From IMG/VR virus record IMGVR_UViG_3300045988_080781: a DNA stretch of 64,000 nucleotides; one strand, given 5' to 3'. This stretch comes from a virus. The notes under the pieces are model-generated. The model did no database searches. It was not told the DNA's origin and saw only the letters and a program-made list of their open reading frames with translations. Shown here piece by piece: positions 8,634-17,988 of this stretch. A program made the position numbers and the translations under genes. How positions within the stretch are numbered: the first letter of the stretch is position 1; each line of letters opens with the position of its first letter.

Positions 8634-9641
8634 AGTTTCTATCCTAGTATCATGGCTGTTTATCATGTTGCACCAAAACATCTTATTGAAGATATATTTG
8701 CTAAACTTGTTAAATATTTTCGTGATACTCGAGTTAAAGCTAAACATAGTAAAGAAGATTTTATAGATGGTATTCCACCTAAACTTCTTGCTGAAGCATT
8801 TAAGATTGTTATTAATAGTATATATGGTAAATTTGGTGATGAAAATTCTCCTATATTTGATCGTATGGCTACATTGCGTGTTACAATTAATGGACAATTA
8901 ATGATTTTAATGCTTTGTGAAGAGCTTGAACTTAATGGAATAGAAGTTATAAGTGCTAATACTGATGGTATTGTTATTAAACTTTATGAAAGTAAGAGAG
9001 AAACATTTAATGATATTGCTAATAGATGGAAAGAATATACAGGACTTGATGCTGATAGTGAAGAATATAAACTTTATGTTGGGAGGGATATAAATAATTA
9101 TCTTGTACAAGAACTTAATGGTAAAATTGATTATAAAGGTGCTTTTAATCCAAAGATGTATATTAAAGATTTAAGTAAAGGTTATGATATGCCAATTGTT
9201 GCTAAAGCTGTAGAAAATTATTTTCTTTATGATATTCCTGTTACTCGTACTTTATATGATTCTACAGATATTCTTGATTTTTGTCGTAGTCAAAATGTTG
9301 GAAAACAATTTCATGTTGAAGAAACATTTGTTGAAAATGGTAAGATTATTAGACGTGAATCACAAAGATATGTTAGATATTATGTAAGTAATACTGGAAC
9401 TGTTATTGAGAAAGTAAATAATTCTTCAGATAAAATTAGAAGTAAATTATGCTCTGGATATTATGGTACTATTCTTAATACACTTGATGATAAACCTATT
9501 TCTGAACGTAATATTAATTATAGATTTTATTATGCTGAGGCAATGAAGATTATTAATCCTATTAAGCTTAATATTGGTAATAAGAAGAAAAGTACTCTTA
9601 AAAAAATGACTGGAATGTATAATACATTGTTCGATGAATAA
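8634..9641 (+). CDS. family-B DNA polymerase, exon 2 (motif A remainder, motif B, motif C, thumb)
   Basis: SFYPSIM is in frame directly upstream of ATG 8652; KIVINSIYGKFG (motif B, Kx3NSxYG); ISANTDGIVI (motif C-like); KGAF/KMY region. Confidence 0.7.
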   Translation, partial: SFYPSIMAVYHVAPKHLIEDIFAKLVKYFRDTRVKAKHSKEDFIDGIPPKLLAEAFKIVINSIYGKFGDENSPIFDRMATLRVTINGQLMILMLCEELELNGIEVISANTDGIVIKLYESKRETFNDIANRWKEYTGLDADSEEYKLYVGRDINNYLVQELNGKIDYKGAFNPKMYIKDLSKGYDMPIVAKAVENYFLYDIPVTRTLYDSTDILDFCRSQNVGKQFHVEETFVENGKIIRRESQRYVRYYVSNTGTVIEKVNNSSDKIRSKLCSGYYGTILNTLDDKPISERNINYRFYYAEAMKIINPIKLNIGNKKKSTLKKMTGMYNTLFDE

Positions 9642-11061
9642 AGAAGATATTTATAATAAAATTGCTACTAAATGGCGTGATCAAAAAGGTATTGGTAGTG
9701 TTTATGCAATAGATCCTATTAATCCTTATGAACTTGCTATTTATATTATAAATCTTGTTCGGAATAAAAATCCTAATAGCCGTGTGTTTATTTATTGTAA
9801 TGAATATCCTCATATGGCTGAAATGGGAAAACTTGTTTCTGCAAATAAACTTGAACATGTTTCTGTTGTTACTAATAAATATATTCGTCCTACTTATAAA
9901 TATGAGTATGACTTATGTATTGCATTAGGTTTTGCTGTTTTACTTGATAATCATATTCAGATTATTAATCAAAGTAAATTTCGATTTGTAGCTTTAGCTA
10001 AATATGTTTCTAATCCTGAAATATATAAACAAATTGATAGGCATTATCCTATTATTCGTGACGTTATGACTGAAAGTCAAGCCAATGCAGTTCGTAATTG
10101 TTTCCCCGTAGAAGAATGGAGAGTTAGTCTTGAACTTGATACTGATAAAGCTGAAACATATAAAAAATATACTGATTATATTATTCAATCTATACAGATA
10201 TTTGGAAGTATGGATATGATTAATGATGCTCGTATGGGTAATAAACTTACCAATGTTTCAGGTGCTACTATTAGAGATCATATTGCTCGTCAAAATGGTT
10301 GGTCAGAATATCTTGATACAACTATTCCATTTAATAAACAAATTGATGAGTTTTATAATCCTAATGCTCTTTTAGAACGTGCTAATGTTACTTATAATAT
10401 AATGCGTGAAAGAAATCTTCTTTTAACTAATAGTGAAGAAAAGATTCCTAAAATTGTTCAAATTGTTGAAGAAAACAAGAACAAACGTATTCTTATTGTT
10501 AGTAAACATGGTGAATTTGCTCGTAAAATAACTAAAGCTCTTGTTGATGCTGGATATAATGCAGGAGATTATCATGATTGCATTGAGCCTATGAAAGCAT
10601 ATGATGCTAATGGTATTCCTATTCTTATTAAATCTGGTGTTCATAAAGGAGAACATAAAGTTGTTAAAGCTAAAGCAATTAGTTCTGAAAATCTAAGACG
10701 ATTTAACTTGTTAAAAAATGTTATATTGAATGAATCCAATACAGACGATTTAAGCCATTATTTTGGTCAGGGTAGTATAAATGTACTTTCGATTAAAAAT
10801 GCTTCGTCTGTAGAGCTGGAATGTACCGCAGACGTGATCATTTTCACCTCAGCCTTATACGCCGATTGGAAGGAGTTCAAGTATCGGTACAACAAGTTAA
10901 AATTTGTTACAAATCCTATTCTTATTTATAAACTTTATTATGTTGGTACTATCGAAGAAAGAGAAGTTTTGACTAGTAAAGAAACTGATACTTATAAAAT
11001 ACATGAAAAAGAAAAACTTCTTGTATTTGACGAAAATACTGGGCAAATTGTTTGTAGATAA
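9634..11061 (+). CDS. hypothetical protein (475 aa), weak resemblance to a helicase C-terminal-like domain
   Basis: Long clean ORF overlapping the polymerase stop codon; no Walker motifs seen. The segment ILIVSKHGEFARKITKALVDAGY...DVIIFTS is loosely SF2 domain-2-like. Contains motif copy FPVEEW. Confidence 0.5.
   Translation: MNKEDIYNKIATKWRDQKGIGSVYAIDPINPYELAIYIINLVRNKNPNSRVFIYCNEYPHMAEMGKLVSANKLEHVSVVTNKYIRPTYKYEYDLCIALGFAVLLDNHIQIINQSKFRFVALAKYVSNPEIYKQIDRHYPIIRDVMTESQANAVRNCFPVEEWRVSLELDTDKAETYKKYTDYIIQSIQIFGSMDMINDARMGNKLTNVSGATIRDHIARQNGWSEYLDTTIPFNKQIDEFYNPNALLERANVTYNIMRERNLLLTNSEEKIPKIVQIVEENKNKRILIVSKHGEFARKITKALVDAGYNAGDYHDCIEPMKAYDANGIPILIKSGVHKGEHKVVKAKAISSENLRRFNLLKNVILNESNTDDLSHYFGQGSINVLSIKNASSVELECTADVIIFTSALYADWKEFKYRYNKLKFVTNPILIYKLYYVGTIEEREVLTSKETDTYKIHEKEKLLVFDENTGQIVCR
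10104..10115 (-). repeat. dispersed GC-rich motif, variant copy
   Basis: plus strand reads ccccgtagaaga, translated FPVEEW. Confidence 0.5.
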
Positions 11062-11081
11062 GAAAAGAATAACTATATTTG
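11051..11081 (+). promoter_or_regulatory. candidate Bacteroides-type promoter (-33 TTTG, -7 TATATTTG)
   Basis: TTTG at 11051-11054 and TAnnTTTG at 11074-11081, 19 nt apart; about 30 nt upstream of ATG 11115. Confidence 0.35.
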
Positions 11082-11114
11082 TAGTGTTGAACAAACAAAG
11101 AGGTCTTTGATATT

Positions 11115-12104
11115 ATGACAGAAGATAATAAAACTGATGTTGTAGTTGATGATAATACTAGTGGTGATAAACTTCCTACTGCTAGTAAAGATAATCAAGT
11201 TGCTACTATTCGACACCAAACTGTTAATAATCTTTCTTCTCTTGGACGTATAAATCTTCTTGACGAAACTGAAGTTGCTAAAGCTGAAGTTTTTCTTAAA
11301 AGAATGCTTCGTACTGAAAAGAGTGGTATTAAGAGTATTGAAGATGGTCTTGCAATTATAATGAAAGCTCAAGATCTTGGTCTACCTTTCAGTAGTTGTA
11401 TTGAACATATTCATGTTATTAATGGTAAAACAGGTGTTGATATACATATTATCAAAGCATTACTTCTAAAGGCAGGTGTAGTTTGGAAGTGTACTAAGAA
11501 TTATACACCTCAATATGAATATACTGATGGTAGTAATGCTTATATTGAAAATCAACTACCTGATTATTGTGTTAAATGCAAAAATGCTAAAGAAGCTGCT
11601 GCTAAGACTGAACAATATAATAAAGATAATCCCGATAGTTTTAGCGAAGTTGTTTATGTATATCCCGTTAAATATTATAAAGATTATAACGGTAATGTAT
11701 ATAAAGAATATCAGATTAATAGTAATTTTGCAATTGCTCTTAATAATCAACATGCACAAGTTCTTATTAAACAGAATAAAATTCCTGTTTATAGAATACC
11801 TGCAATTCCTGTTGATTATGTTACTGAATATCACATGGAACGTGAGTATAAAGGTAAACATATGGAAACTGTTCAAAGTTTTAGTTATAGTGAAGCTGTA
11901 GCTGCTGATTGTTTTACTAAAGATACTTATAAAAAGTATCCTAAAGTAATGATTGGTCATAGAGCTTTTACTTATGCTGCTCGTGATATTGCCGCAGACG
12001 TTGTTCAAGGTTTAATGGAAACTACTGAACTTAAAGTTACCATGAACCATGAGCTATCTGACAACGATGCTATTGAAATAGAAGATGCTCAACTTATAGA
12101 TTAA
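11115..12104 (+). CDS. candidate RecT-like single-strand annealing protein
   Basis: Segment AQDLGLPFSSCIEHIHVINGK resembles the RecT core (DLGLDP...Y.IP..GK); C-terminal MIGHRAFTYAARDIA resembles the RecT C-terminal helix. Judged by eye only. Confidence 0.4.
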   Translation: MTEDNKTDVVVDDNTSGDKLPTASKDNQVATIRHQTVNNLSSLGRINLLDETEVAKAEVFLKRMLRTEKSGIKSIEDGLAIIMKAQDLGLPFSSCIEHIHVINGKTGVDIHIIKALLLKAGVVWKCTKNYTPQYEYTDGSNAYIENQLPDYCVKCKNAKEAAAKTEQYNKDNPDSFSEVVYVYPVKYYKDYNGNVYKEYQINSNFAIALNNQHAQVLIKQNKIPVYRIPAIPVDYVTEYHMEREYKGKHMETVQSFSYSEAVAADCFTKDTYKKYPKVMIGHRAFTYAARDIAADVVQGLMETTELKVTMNHELSDNDAIEIEDAQLID

Positions 12105-12161
12105 AAACTTAATTAACGTGATATTTCACATATTGTTTAAACAATTTAAATTATTATTCTT

Positions 12162-13022
12162 ATGAAAACTTTTGGTAAAATGTCTTTCGGTTTTAGTATT
12201 GTAAATGCTGGTCAGCGTCAAACAGTTGTTGAACCTCAGTTGGTATTTGTTAGTACTCCAGGTAGTATTCGTATTACTGCTCCTGTTTCTAAAGCATTAG
12301 GTATCCAACATGGTGATAATGTTATGTTCATCAATAATATTCCTGATATTGATGAAGCTATTCGTAGCGAAAATGAAGAACTGGTTGCTTTTGCTAACGA
12401 AAATGGTTTGACTTGGGGTTCTCCTGAAGCTAATGCTGCTATTCATGCTGCTTTTGATGCTTGGTGGATTGGTAAAGGTATTCAGCTTTTCGATAAGAAA
12501 GGTAATCCTAAGATGGTTAAGGAACGTCTTTCTAAAGAAGATCGTTTGAAATTTGTTGAAGCTAACTTTGAAGCTATGTATGAAGGAGCTAAGAACTCTG
12601 AAAATGCTGAACTTGTAGCACAACTTACTCGTGAAGGTATTACTGATGCTGAAATCAAAGATATTCTTTGTGATTATGTAGAGAACAATGAAGTTCCTAT
12701 GTATTCTGGTTCTAAGGCTGCTAATCCTGCTAAATTGACCGGTGTTGGTACTAATTTGAACTTTACTGACTCTGCTATTTGGAATCAGATCAAAGAAGAT
12801 CTTGATGAAGAAGTTGCTAAGAGTACTAATCGTATCTTTACTTTGGATGTTGAAAAAGCTTTCCGTGCTGAAATCAACAATGGTTTTGAAAATGTCGGTG
12901 TTACTTTGATTCAGTTTATTGGTGAAGATTGTACTCCGTTTGCTGATGAAAAAGTTTCTCGTGTAAGAAAATCAAAAGCTGACGATGCTGAAGCCGGTAT
13001 TGGTGGTGAAGCCGCTGAATAA
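12162..13022 (+). CDS. hypothetical acidic protein, probably highly expressed (286 aa)
   Basis: Codon usage is shifted to GC-ending and ggt/gct/cgt codons relative to neighbours; followed by a strong terminator. Confidence 0.55.
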   Translation: MKTFGKMSFGFSIVNAGQRQTVVEPQLVFVSTPGSIRITAPVSKALGIQHGDNVMFINNIPDIDEAIRSENEELVAFANENGLTWGSPEANAAIHAAFDAWWIGKGIQLFDKKGNPKMVKERLSKEDRLKFVEANFEAMYEGAKNSENAELVAQLTREGITDAEIKDILCDYVENNEVPMYSGSKAANPAKLTGVGTNLNFTDSAIWNQIKEDLDEEVAKSTNRIFTLDVEKAFRAEINNGFENVGVTLIQFIGEDCTPFADEKVSRVRKSKADDAEAGIGGEAAE

Positions 13023-13044
13023 TATTCTGTCATAATTGATTTTA

Positions 13045-13086
13045 AAGCCGCTGTTGAATTTATTATTCTTCAGCGGCTTATTTGTA
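13045..13086 (+). terminator. intrinsic terminator
   Basis: 9-bp stem aagccgctg/cagcggctt with a 17-nt loop, followed by atttg. Confidence 0.6.
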
Positions 13087-13122
13087 TATATACATTTATT
13101 AATTAACTAAATTATTTTTATT

Positions 13123-14154
13123 ATGTCTGAACAAGTTGCAACAGAAGGCATTGTAAATGGAGCAAACGCTGCTCAAAATCAAGTTAATGGTAGTACAAAA
13201 AAACGTCATGGTCGTGGTATTACCAATGAAACTAGAACTGTAGCTCAATTAAAGTTTGATGAAAAGCTTGCTAATCCTACTAACTTTTTATTTCAAACTG
13301 TTATTGATACAGTAGAAGTTAAATATGCTCAAATCGGTGAAGATGTTAAAGGTCTTCCTAGTTTTACAGGATTAACTATTCCCGTATTTGTTGTTCGTTT
13401 TCATTCTCTTCATTCAACTCCTAATGAATATCGTTGGGTTTCTCTTCGTCTTATGACTCCTGAAAGTAATGCTGAAGTTATTCCGGGTGCTAAGAATGCT
13501 TGGAGAGTTGAAAATGTATTTAGTTATATTAAACATCTTCTTGAAGTTCTTTATCTTAAAGGTAGACCATTTACTGAAGAAGAAATGGATGCTCTTGAAC
13601 TTCCATTTGAAGATTATGAAGAAGAGAATGGTCATTATGTTTATAAACCTGTAGATGCTGAAGAAGTTATTAAAGGTTGGGACTTTGTATTCCAAAATGC
13701 TGCTGCTATGCTTAATGGTACTTGGAATCTTAAAAAAGGTGCTACTCCTAAACCTTGTTATGTTGATCCGAGTGGTAAACGTATTCGTCTTTGGACTAAA
13801 CTTCTTCGTTTTACTAAGGTTAATAATCAATGGCAACCTGTTGTTCGTGGTAAATCTAATATGGGTGATTTAGGATTTCCTAATTTCCTAGGTGAAGGTG
13901 TTATTGAAGTTGTTCAAAAAGATAAAGCACCTCTTCTAAAAGTTAATACTATTCGTGAAAGTATTACTCCTAAAGAAATTGCTAAGGCTCCTATGCAGCC
14001 TAATGTACCGATGATGGGTGGTGTTCCTCCTATGGGTGGTATTCCTACAATGGGTGGTATGATGCCTTCTGCTGGTGGATCTGAAGCTGCTACTGGTAGT
14101 GGTGTTGATTATAGTCAATTTGAAGCTCAACCTTCTGACGATTTTCCGTTTTAA
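13123..14154 (+). CDS. single-stranded DNA-binding protein candidate (acidic DDFPF C-terminal tip)
   Basis: Gly/Met/Pro-rich flexible C-terminal region ending ...QPSDDFPF, like the E. coli SSB DDDIPF and T7 gp2.5 acidic F-terminal tails. High-expression codon usage; flanked by terminators. Confidence 0.5.
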   Translation: MSEQVATEGIVNGANAAQNQVNGSTKKRHGRGITNETRTVAQLKFDEKLANPTNFLFQTVIDTVEVKYAQIGEDVKGLPSFTGLTIPVFVVRFHSLHSTPNEYRWVSLRLMTPESNAEVIPGAKNAWRVENVFSYIKHLLEVLYLKGRPFTEEEMDALELPFEDYEEENGHYVYKPVDAEEVIKGWDFVFQNAAAMLNGTWNLKKGATPKPCYVDPSGKRIRLWTKLLRFTKVNNQWQPVVRGKSNMGDLGFPNFLGEGVIEVVQKDKAPLLKVNTIRESITPKEIAKAPMQPNVPMMGGVPPMGGIPTMGGMMPSAGGSEAATGSGVDYSQFEAQPSDDFPF

Positions 14155-14175
14155 TATGCCGTTGTAACTGAACCT

Positions 14176-14240
14176 GCAAATTGTTAGAAAATAATTTGCA
14201 TAATTAAGCCGTTGTTCGTATATTCGGACAGCGGCTTTAT
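14176..14240 (+). terminator. tandem hairpins; the second is terminator-like
   Basis: gcaaatt(14 nt)aatttgc at 14178-14205; aagccgttg / cagcggctt (one G-U wobble) at 14206-14237, followed by tattatt. Confidence 0.45.
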
Positions 14241-14262
14241 TATTAATGTTAATAATGATATT

Positions 14263-15441
14263 ATGGGCAGAGGTGTAGCTAATAGTAAACTAACTAAAGA
14301 TATGATACTTTCTAAAGTATCTCAACAACTTATTGCAGCAACATATCTTGATATACCTATTGAAACAGTTGAATGGTGTATTGAAACTGGTAAAACTATA
14401 AGTAGTCCTCTTCGTGAAGATAATCATCCTAGTTTTGGTTTTGCTTTTAATAATCGTGGTCAACTTAAAGCTAAAGATTTTGCTGGTTATTTTTGGGGAG
14501 ATGTATGGGATATTATAGCATATGTTCTATCTGCTGTAGTTGAAAGAGATATTGATGTTACAAATAAACATGATTTTATATTTTGTCTTAAACATTGTGC
14601 TTATACATTTCGTAATTATATTTATGGTAAAGAAAAAGATGAAAGAATTAATGCTGATATTAGAAAAGGACTTGTTAATATTAAAAGTAAAAAGAATATT
14701 ATAGAAATAGTTCCAAGAGGTTGGAATAATAATGATAAAGACTATTGGAAACAATTTGGAATTAATCTTAATTTTCTTAATACACATTATGTTTATGCTG
14801 TTGATCAATATTATATTAATAGAAAGATTAATCCTGAGCCTAAATATTATTATAATCCTCATGACCCATGTTATGCTTATTTATTAGGTCAAGATAGTAA
14901 AGGTATATATAATTGGAAACTTTATTTCCCTAAGAGAAGTCATAATGAAGTTAGATTTATAACTAATTCTAATCATATTGAAGGCGTTCTTAATCTTGAT
15001 GGATTTGATTATGATTTTATTATTATAACTAAATCTACTAAAGATAGACTAGCTCTTGAACAGTTCTGTTATGACTATCCTCTACGGGGTGACAACCATG
15101 AATGTTACCGAATTGGAGTTATTAATATTCCTCATGAAACTCATGAACTTACTCAAACTGAATATAATTTTATTCGTTCTAAATGTGCTAGAAATGGTAA
15201 AATTATAAGTCTATTTGATAACGATCGTACAGGATATATGTGTGCCATCAAATATCGTGATAAATGGAATATTCCTCCTTGTATTATACCTCATGAATAT
15301 GGAGCTAAAGATTTTGCTGAACTAAGAAGTTTATACAGTCCTAGTACTATAATTCAATATATTAACGAAACAATTAAACTATTTAATAACAGAGATGAAG
15401 AAATTGAAATTATTGGGTATCAAACAGAGATGCCTTATTAA
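14263..15441 (+). CDS. DnaG/TOPRIM-like DNA primase candidate
   Basis: The N-terminus SSPLREDNHPSFGF...GDVWDII aligns to the DnaG zinc-ribbon block CPFHxExTPSFxV...GDxIxF, but the Cys/His ligands are replaced. TOPRIM-like IIITKSTKD and LFDNDRTG (DxDxxG). Confidence 0.5.
   Translation: MGRGVANSKLTKDMILSKVSQQLIAATYLDIPIETVEWCIETGKTISSPLREDNHPSFGFAFNNRGQLKAKDFAGYFWGDVWDIIAYVLSAVVERDIDVTNKHDFIFCLKHCAYTFRNYIYGKEKDERINADIRKGLVNIKSKKNIIEIVPRGWNNNDKDYWKQFGINLNFLNTHYVYAVDQYYINRKINPEPKYYYNPHDPCYAYLLGQDSKGIYNWKLYFPKRSHNEVRFITNSNHIEGVLNLDGFDYDFIIITKSTKDRLALEQFCYDYPLRGDNHECYRIGVINIPHETHELTQTEYNFIRSKCARNGKIISLFDNDRTGYMCAIKYRDKWNIPPCIIPHEYGAKDFAELRSLYSPSTIIQYINETIKLFNNRDEEIEIIGYQTEMPY
15079..15089 (+). repeat. 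dispersed GC-rich motif, exact copy
   Basis: cctctacgggg, translated PLRG. Confidence 0.8.
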
Positions 15442-15478
15442 TAGAGTTAAAACTGTTGCTGGAAATTGGAATGTTTAT

Positions 15479-15823
15479 ATGCAAGAAATTACTGAAAGAC
15501 AAGAAAAAGATCTTGATCATTATGAACATACTCATATAGATACTGTTGAAGGAGATAAAAACATTAGTCGTGAAGTTATATATTGTTACGGCGAAGTTAA
15601 TCCTGATAATCAAGAAGATATCAATTATATCAAGAAATTTAATCTTGTTAATTCTGACGGTAGTAATATTCATTCTAATTTTAATTATGAAACCGGCGAA
15701 GTTGAGTATGAAAATATTCCTAAATATTATCATACATTCGATCCTGTTCTTTGGTGGAAATATAATTATACTATGATAGGTAAACCTAAAAGAATAATTG
15801 TATATAAAATTAAAGTTCATTAA
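15479..15823 (+). CDS. hypothetical protein
   Basis: ORF 15395-15823; the internal ATG at 15479 avoids a long overlap with the primase. Confidence 0.4.
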   Translation: MQEITERQEKDLDHYEHTHIDTVEGDKNISREVIYCYGEVNPDNQEDINYIKKFNLVNSDGSNIHSNFNYETGEVEYENIPKYYHTFDPVLWWKYNYTMIGKPKRIIVYKIKVH

Positions 15824-16357
15824 ATGACTATATCTGAAATTCGTCTTATAGAAAGTTGGATGATTGGTAAATCATATCAACAAACTCTTGATTTTATTCT
15901 TAAAGAAATGGATTGTACTGTTGTTCTTCCTATTGGAAGACCTATGCAGACAATTAATTCTCGTTATGAATTTCTTCAAGAAGCATTTAGCTATGTTCTT
16001 AATGATGCTATAGATAATAATAGAATTAATAATGAAGAAGCGGCTTTATATAGACATAAATTAGAAGAACGTCATAGACTTAATCTTGAATTTGAAAAAA
16101 TTCATGGAGTTATTAAATATGGCGGAAATAAAAATGGCAAACCTAAACCTGTTGGTGGCGGTTATGAAAAGGCTTCTAATGGTAAAAGAATTGCTAAGTC
16201 TATTAAAACTAAAGATCTTATTACTGGAAAAGATATTGAAATTCCTATTCAAAAGCCAAAGAAAGAAACTATTAGTGATAGGAAAGCTAAAGAACTTAAA
16301 GCTAAATTTGCTAATATGAAGTTTGATTTTAGTAAAAAAGCTGATGGAACCGATTAA
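15824..16357 (+). CDS. hypothetical protein (177 aa)
   Basis: Clean ORF starting directly after the upstream stop codon. Confidence 0.5.
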   Translation: MTISEIRLIESWMIGKSYQQTLDFILKEMDCTVVLPIGRPMQTINSRYEFLQEAFSYVLNDAIDNNRINNEEAALYRHKLEERHRLNLEFEKIHGVIKYGGNKNGKPKPVGGGYEKASNGKRIAKSIKTKDLITGKDIEIPIQKPKKETISDRKAKELKAKFANMKFDFSKKADGTD

Positions 16358-17558
16358 GTTATATAAAAGAAATAATAAAGGCGAACCTTACGGTTGGGAA
16401 CTTACTACTGATAGTCCTAATTATATTACTATTAAATATGGTATATTAGGAAAGAAATATACTTCTGATACAATTTTGATAAGTAAGTCTAATATTAAGA
16501 CTGAAGTTAAAAGTCGTATTAATCAAAAACGTAAAGAAGGTTATCTTGAATATAATGAAGTTCGTGATGATACGTGTAGTTTCCCCGTAGAGGAATGGAG
16601 CAATGAAGAGTTCATTCGCTATCTTGATACATATCTTCCTACTAATAAAACTAATACTAATAATAACAATATTCTTCCAATGCTTGCTAAACTTTATACT
16701 ATAAATTGTTTCAAGTATTCTGATGTATTTATTGGTCAATGGAAGATTAATGGACTTCGTTGTTGTATTACGTTTAATAATGATGGAGATATGTTTCATC
16801 CTTATACTGTTCGTATACAAAGTCGTGAAGGAGAAGTATGGAATGGATTAACTGATTTAAAGGATTATCTTGTTGAAGTTATAGATACCGATGTTATTAA
16901 TTATCTTATTAATTATAATATCGCTCTTGATGGTGAGATTTATCTTCCCGGTTATAAAGTGAATATGATTAATCACTTTGTTAAAGATCCTACTTGTCCT
17001 GAACATAAACTTTTACAATTCTGGTGTTATGATATTGCTGTTGATAGTATGATTCAATCTAAACGTATTGACTTTATGTTTGATAAATTTAAAAGTCATA
17101 TTATTAGATTTAATGATCGTAATGAACATCTTAATAATAAAGAAAAATTTCTTATTCTTCCTTATTATGATGTTACTAATGATGAAACTGCTCTCAAATA
17201 TCGTAATGAATTTATTGATAAAGGTTTTGAAGGTCTTATAATGCGTAATCCTAATGCTGAATATAATTATGGAAATCGTTCTGTTAAGATAATGCTAAAG
17301 TATAAAGATCATACTGATGGTAAATTTGAAGTTGTTGATATTTATCCAGAAAAGACTCGTGATTTACCTATTATTCGTTGTCGTAATGATATTAATAATG
17401 AAACTTTTGAAACTCGATTAAGTATTCCTCAATATTCTCAAAAAGAAGTTCTTTATAATAAAGAACAATACATTGGAAGATATGTTTTTATTTCCTATGG
17501 AGAGCGTAGCGGAGTTGGTCGAGTTCCTTTCCATATTAAAGAAGTTTATTTTATATAA
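16344..17558 (+). CDS. ATP-dependent polynucleotide ligase (covalent nucleotidyltransferase superfamily)
   Basis: Motif I KINGLR (a KxNG variant of KxDGxR), motif III ALDGEIYLPG, motif IV EGLIMRNP, motif V VKIMLKYKD. Confidence 0.6.
   Translation: MEPIKLYKRNNKGEPYGWELTTDSPNYITIKYGILGKKYTSDTILISKSNIKTEVKSRINQKRKEGYLEYNEVRDDTCSFPVEEWSNEEFIRYLDTYLPTNKTNTNNNNILPMLAKLYTINCFKYSDVFIGQWKINGLRCCITFNNDGDMFHPYTVRIQSREGEVWNGLTDLKDYLVEVIDTDVINYLINYNIALDGEIYLPGYKVNMINHFVKDPTCPEHKLLQFWCYDIAVDSMIQSKRIDFMFDKFKSHIIRFNDRNEHLNNKEKFLILPYYDVTNDETALKYRNEFIDKGFEGLIMRNPNAEYNYGNRSVKIMLKYKDHTDGKFEVVDIYPEKTRDLPIIRCRNDINNETFETRLSIPQYSQKEVLYNKEQYIGRYVFISYGERSGVGRVPFHIKEVYFI
16583..16594 (-). repeat. dispersed GC-rich motif, exact copy
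   Basis: plus strand reads ccccgtagagga, translated FPVEEW. Confidence 0.8.
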
Positions 17559-17561
17559 CAA

Positions 17562-17909
17562 ATGCCTATTCCAAATTATGATATTCCTGTAATTAAGAAA
17601 GACAAAGAAAGAAGCTGGTATGATAGTAATCGTAATATAATTTACAGTCGTCAATTTATTGATAGTTATAATTATGTTATTGAGGCTGTTAAATACAATG
17701 CTTCTAAATGTGACTATGATAGATTTCTTATTCTTTCTAAATCTCGTATTGATAAACAATCTAGTCGCATAGAGTTTGATAATTTTGGTAGATATAAATA
17801 TCGTCCTATTACTCATAAAGATTATTTTAAAAAGTTCTTTTCTAAAGATCCTTTTGATTTTGTTCTTGTTGAGCATACGGATAATTATGATGTTTATTCT
17901 GTTCCTTAA
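17562..17909 (+). CDS. hypothetical protein (115 aa)
   Basis: Clean ORF. Confidence 0.5.
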   Translation: MPIPNYDIPVIKKDKERSWYDSNRNIIYSRQFIDSYNYVIEAVKYNASKCDYDRFLILSKSRIDKQSSRIEFDNFGRYKYRPITHKDYFKKFFSKDPFDFVLVEHTDNYDVYSVP

Positions 17910-17988
17910 AGTGTTACCCGATTTGATGTTATTTATAGTATTACTTTATACTATATAATATCAAGTCGGGTTCCTTTGTGTCTTGGGG

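Noticed and set aside
6296-9641. Polymerase halves translated as two independent cistrons (a split gene without splicing)
   Set aside because: The second half of motif A (SFYPS) is encoded in frame immediately upstream of the only ATG of the second ORF. Without it the palm would lack the steric-gate Tyr. Splicing explains the data better.
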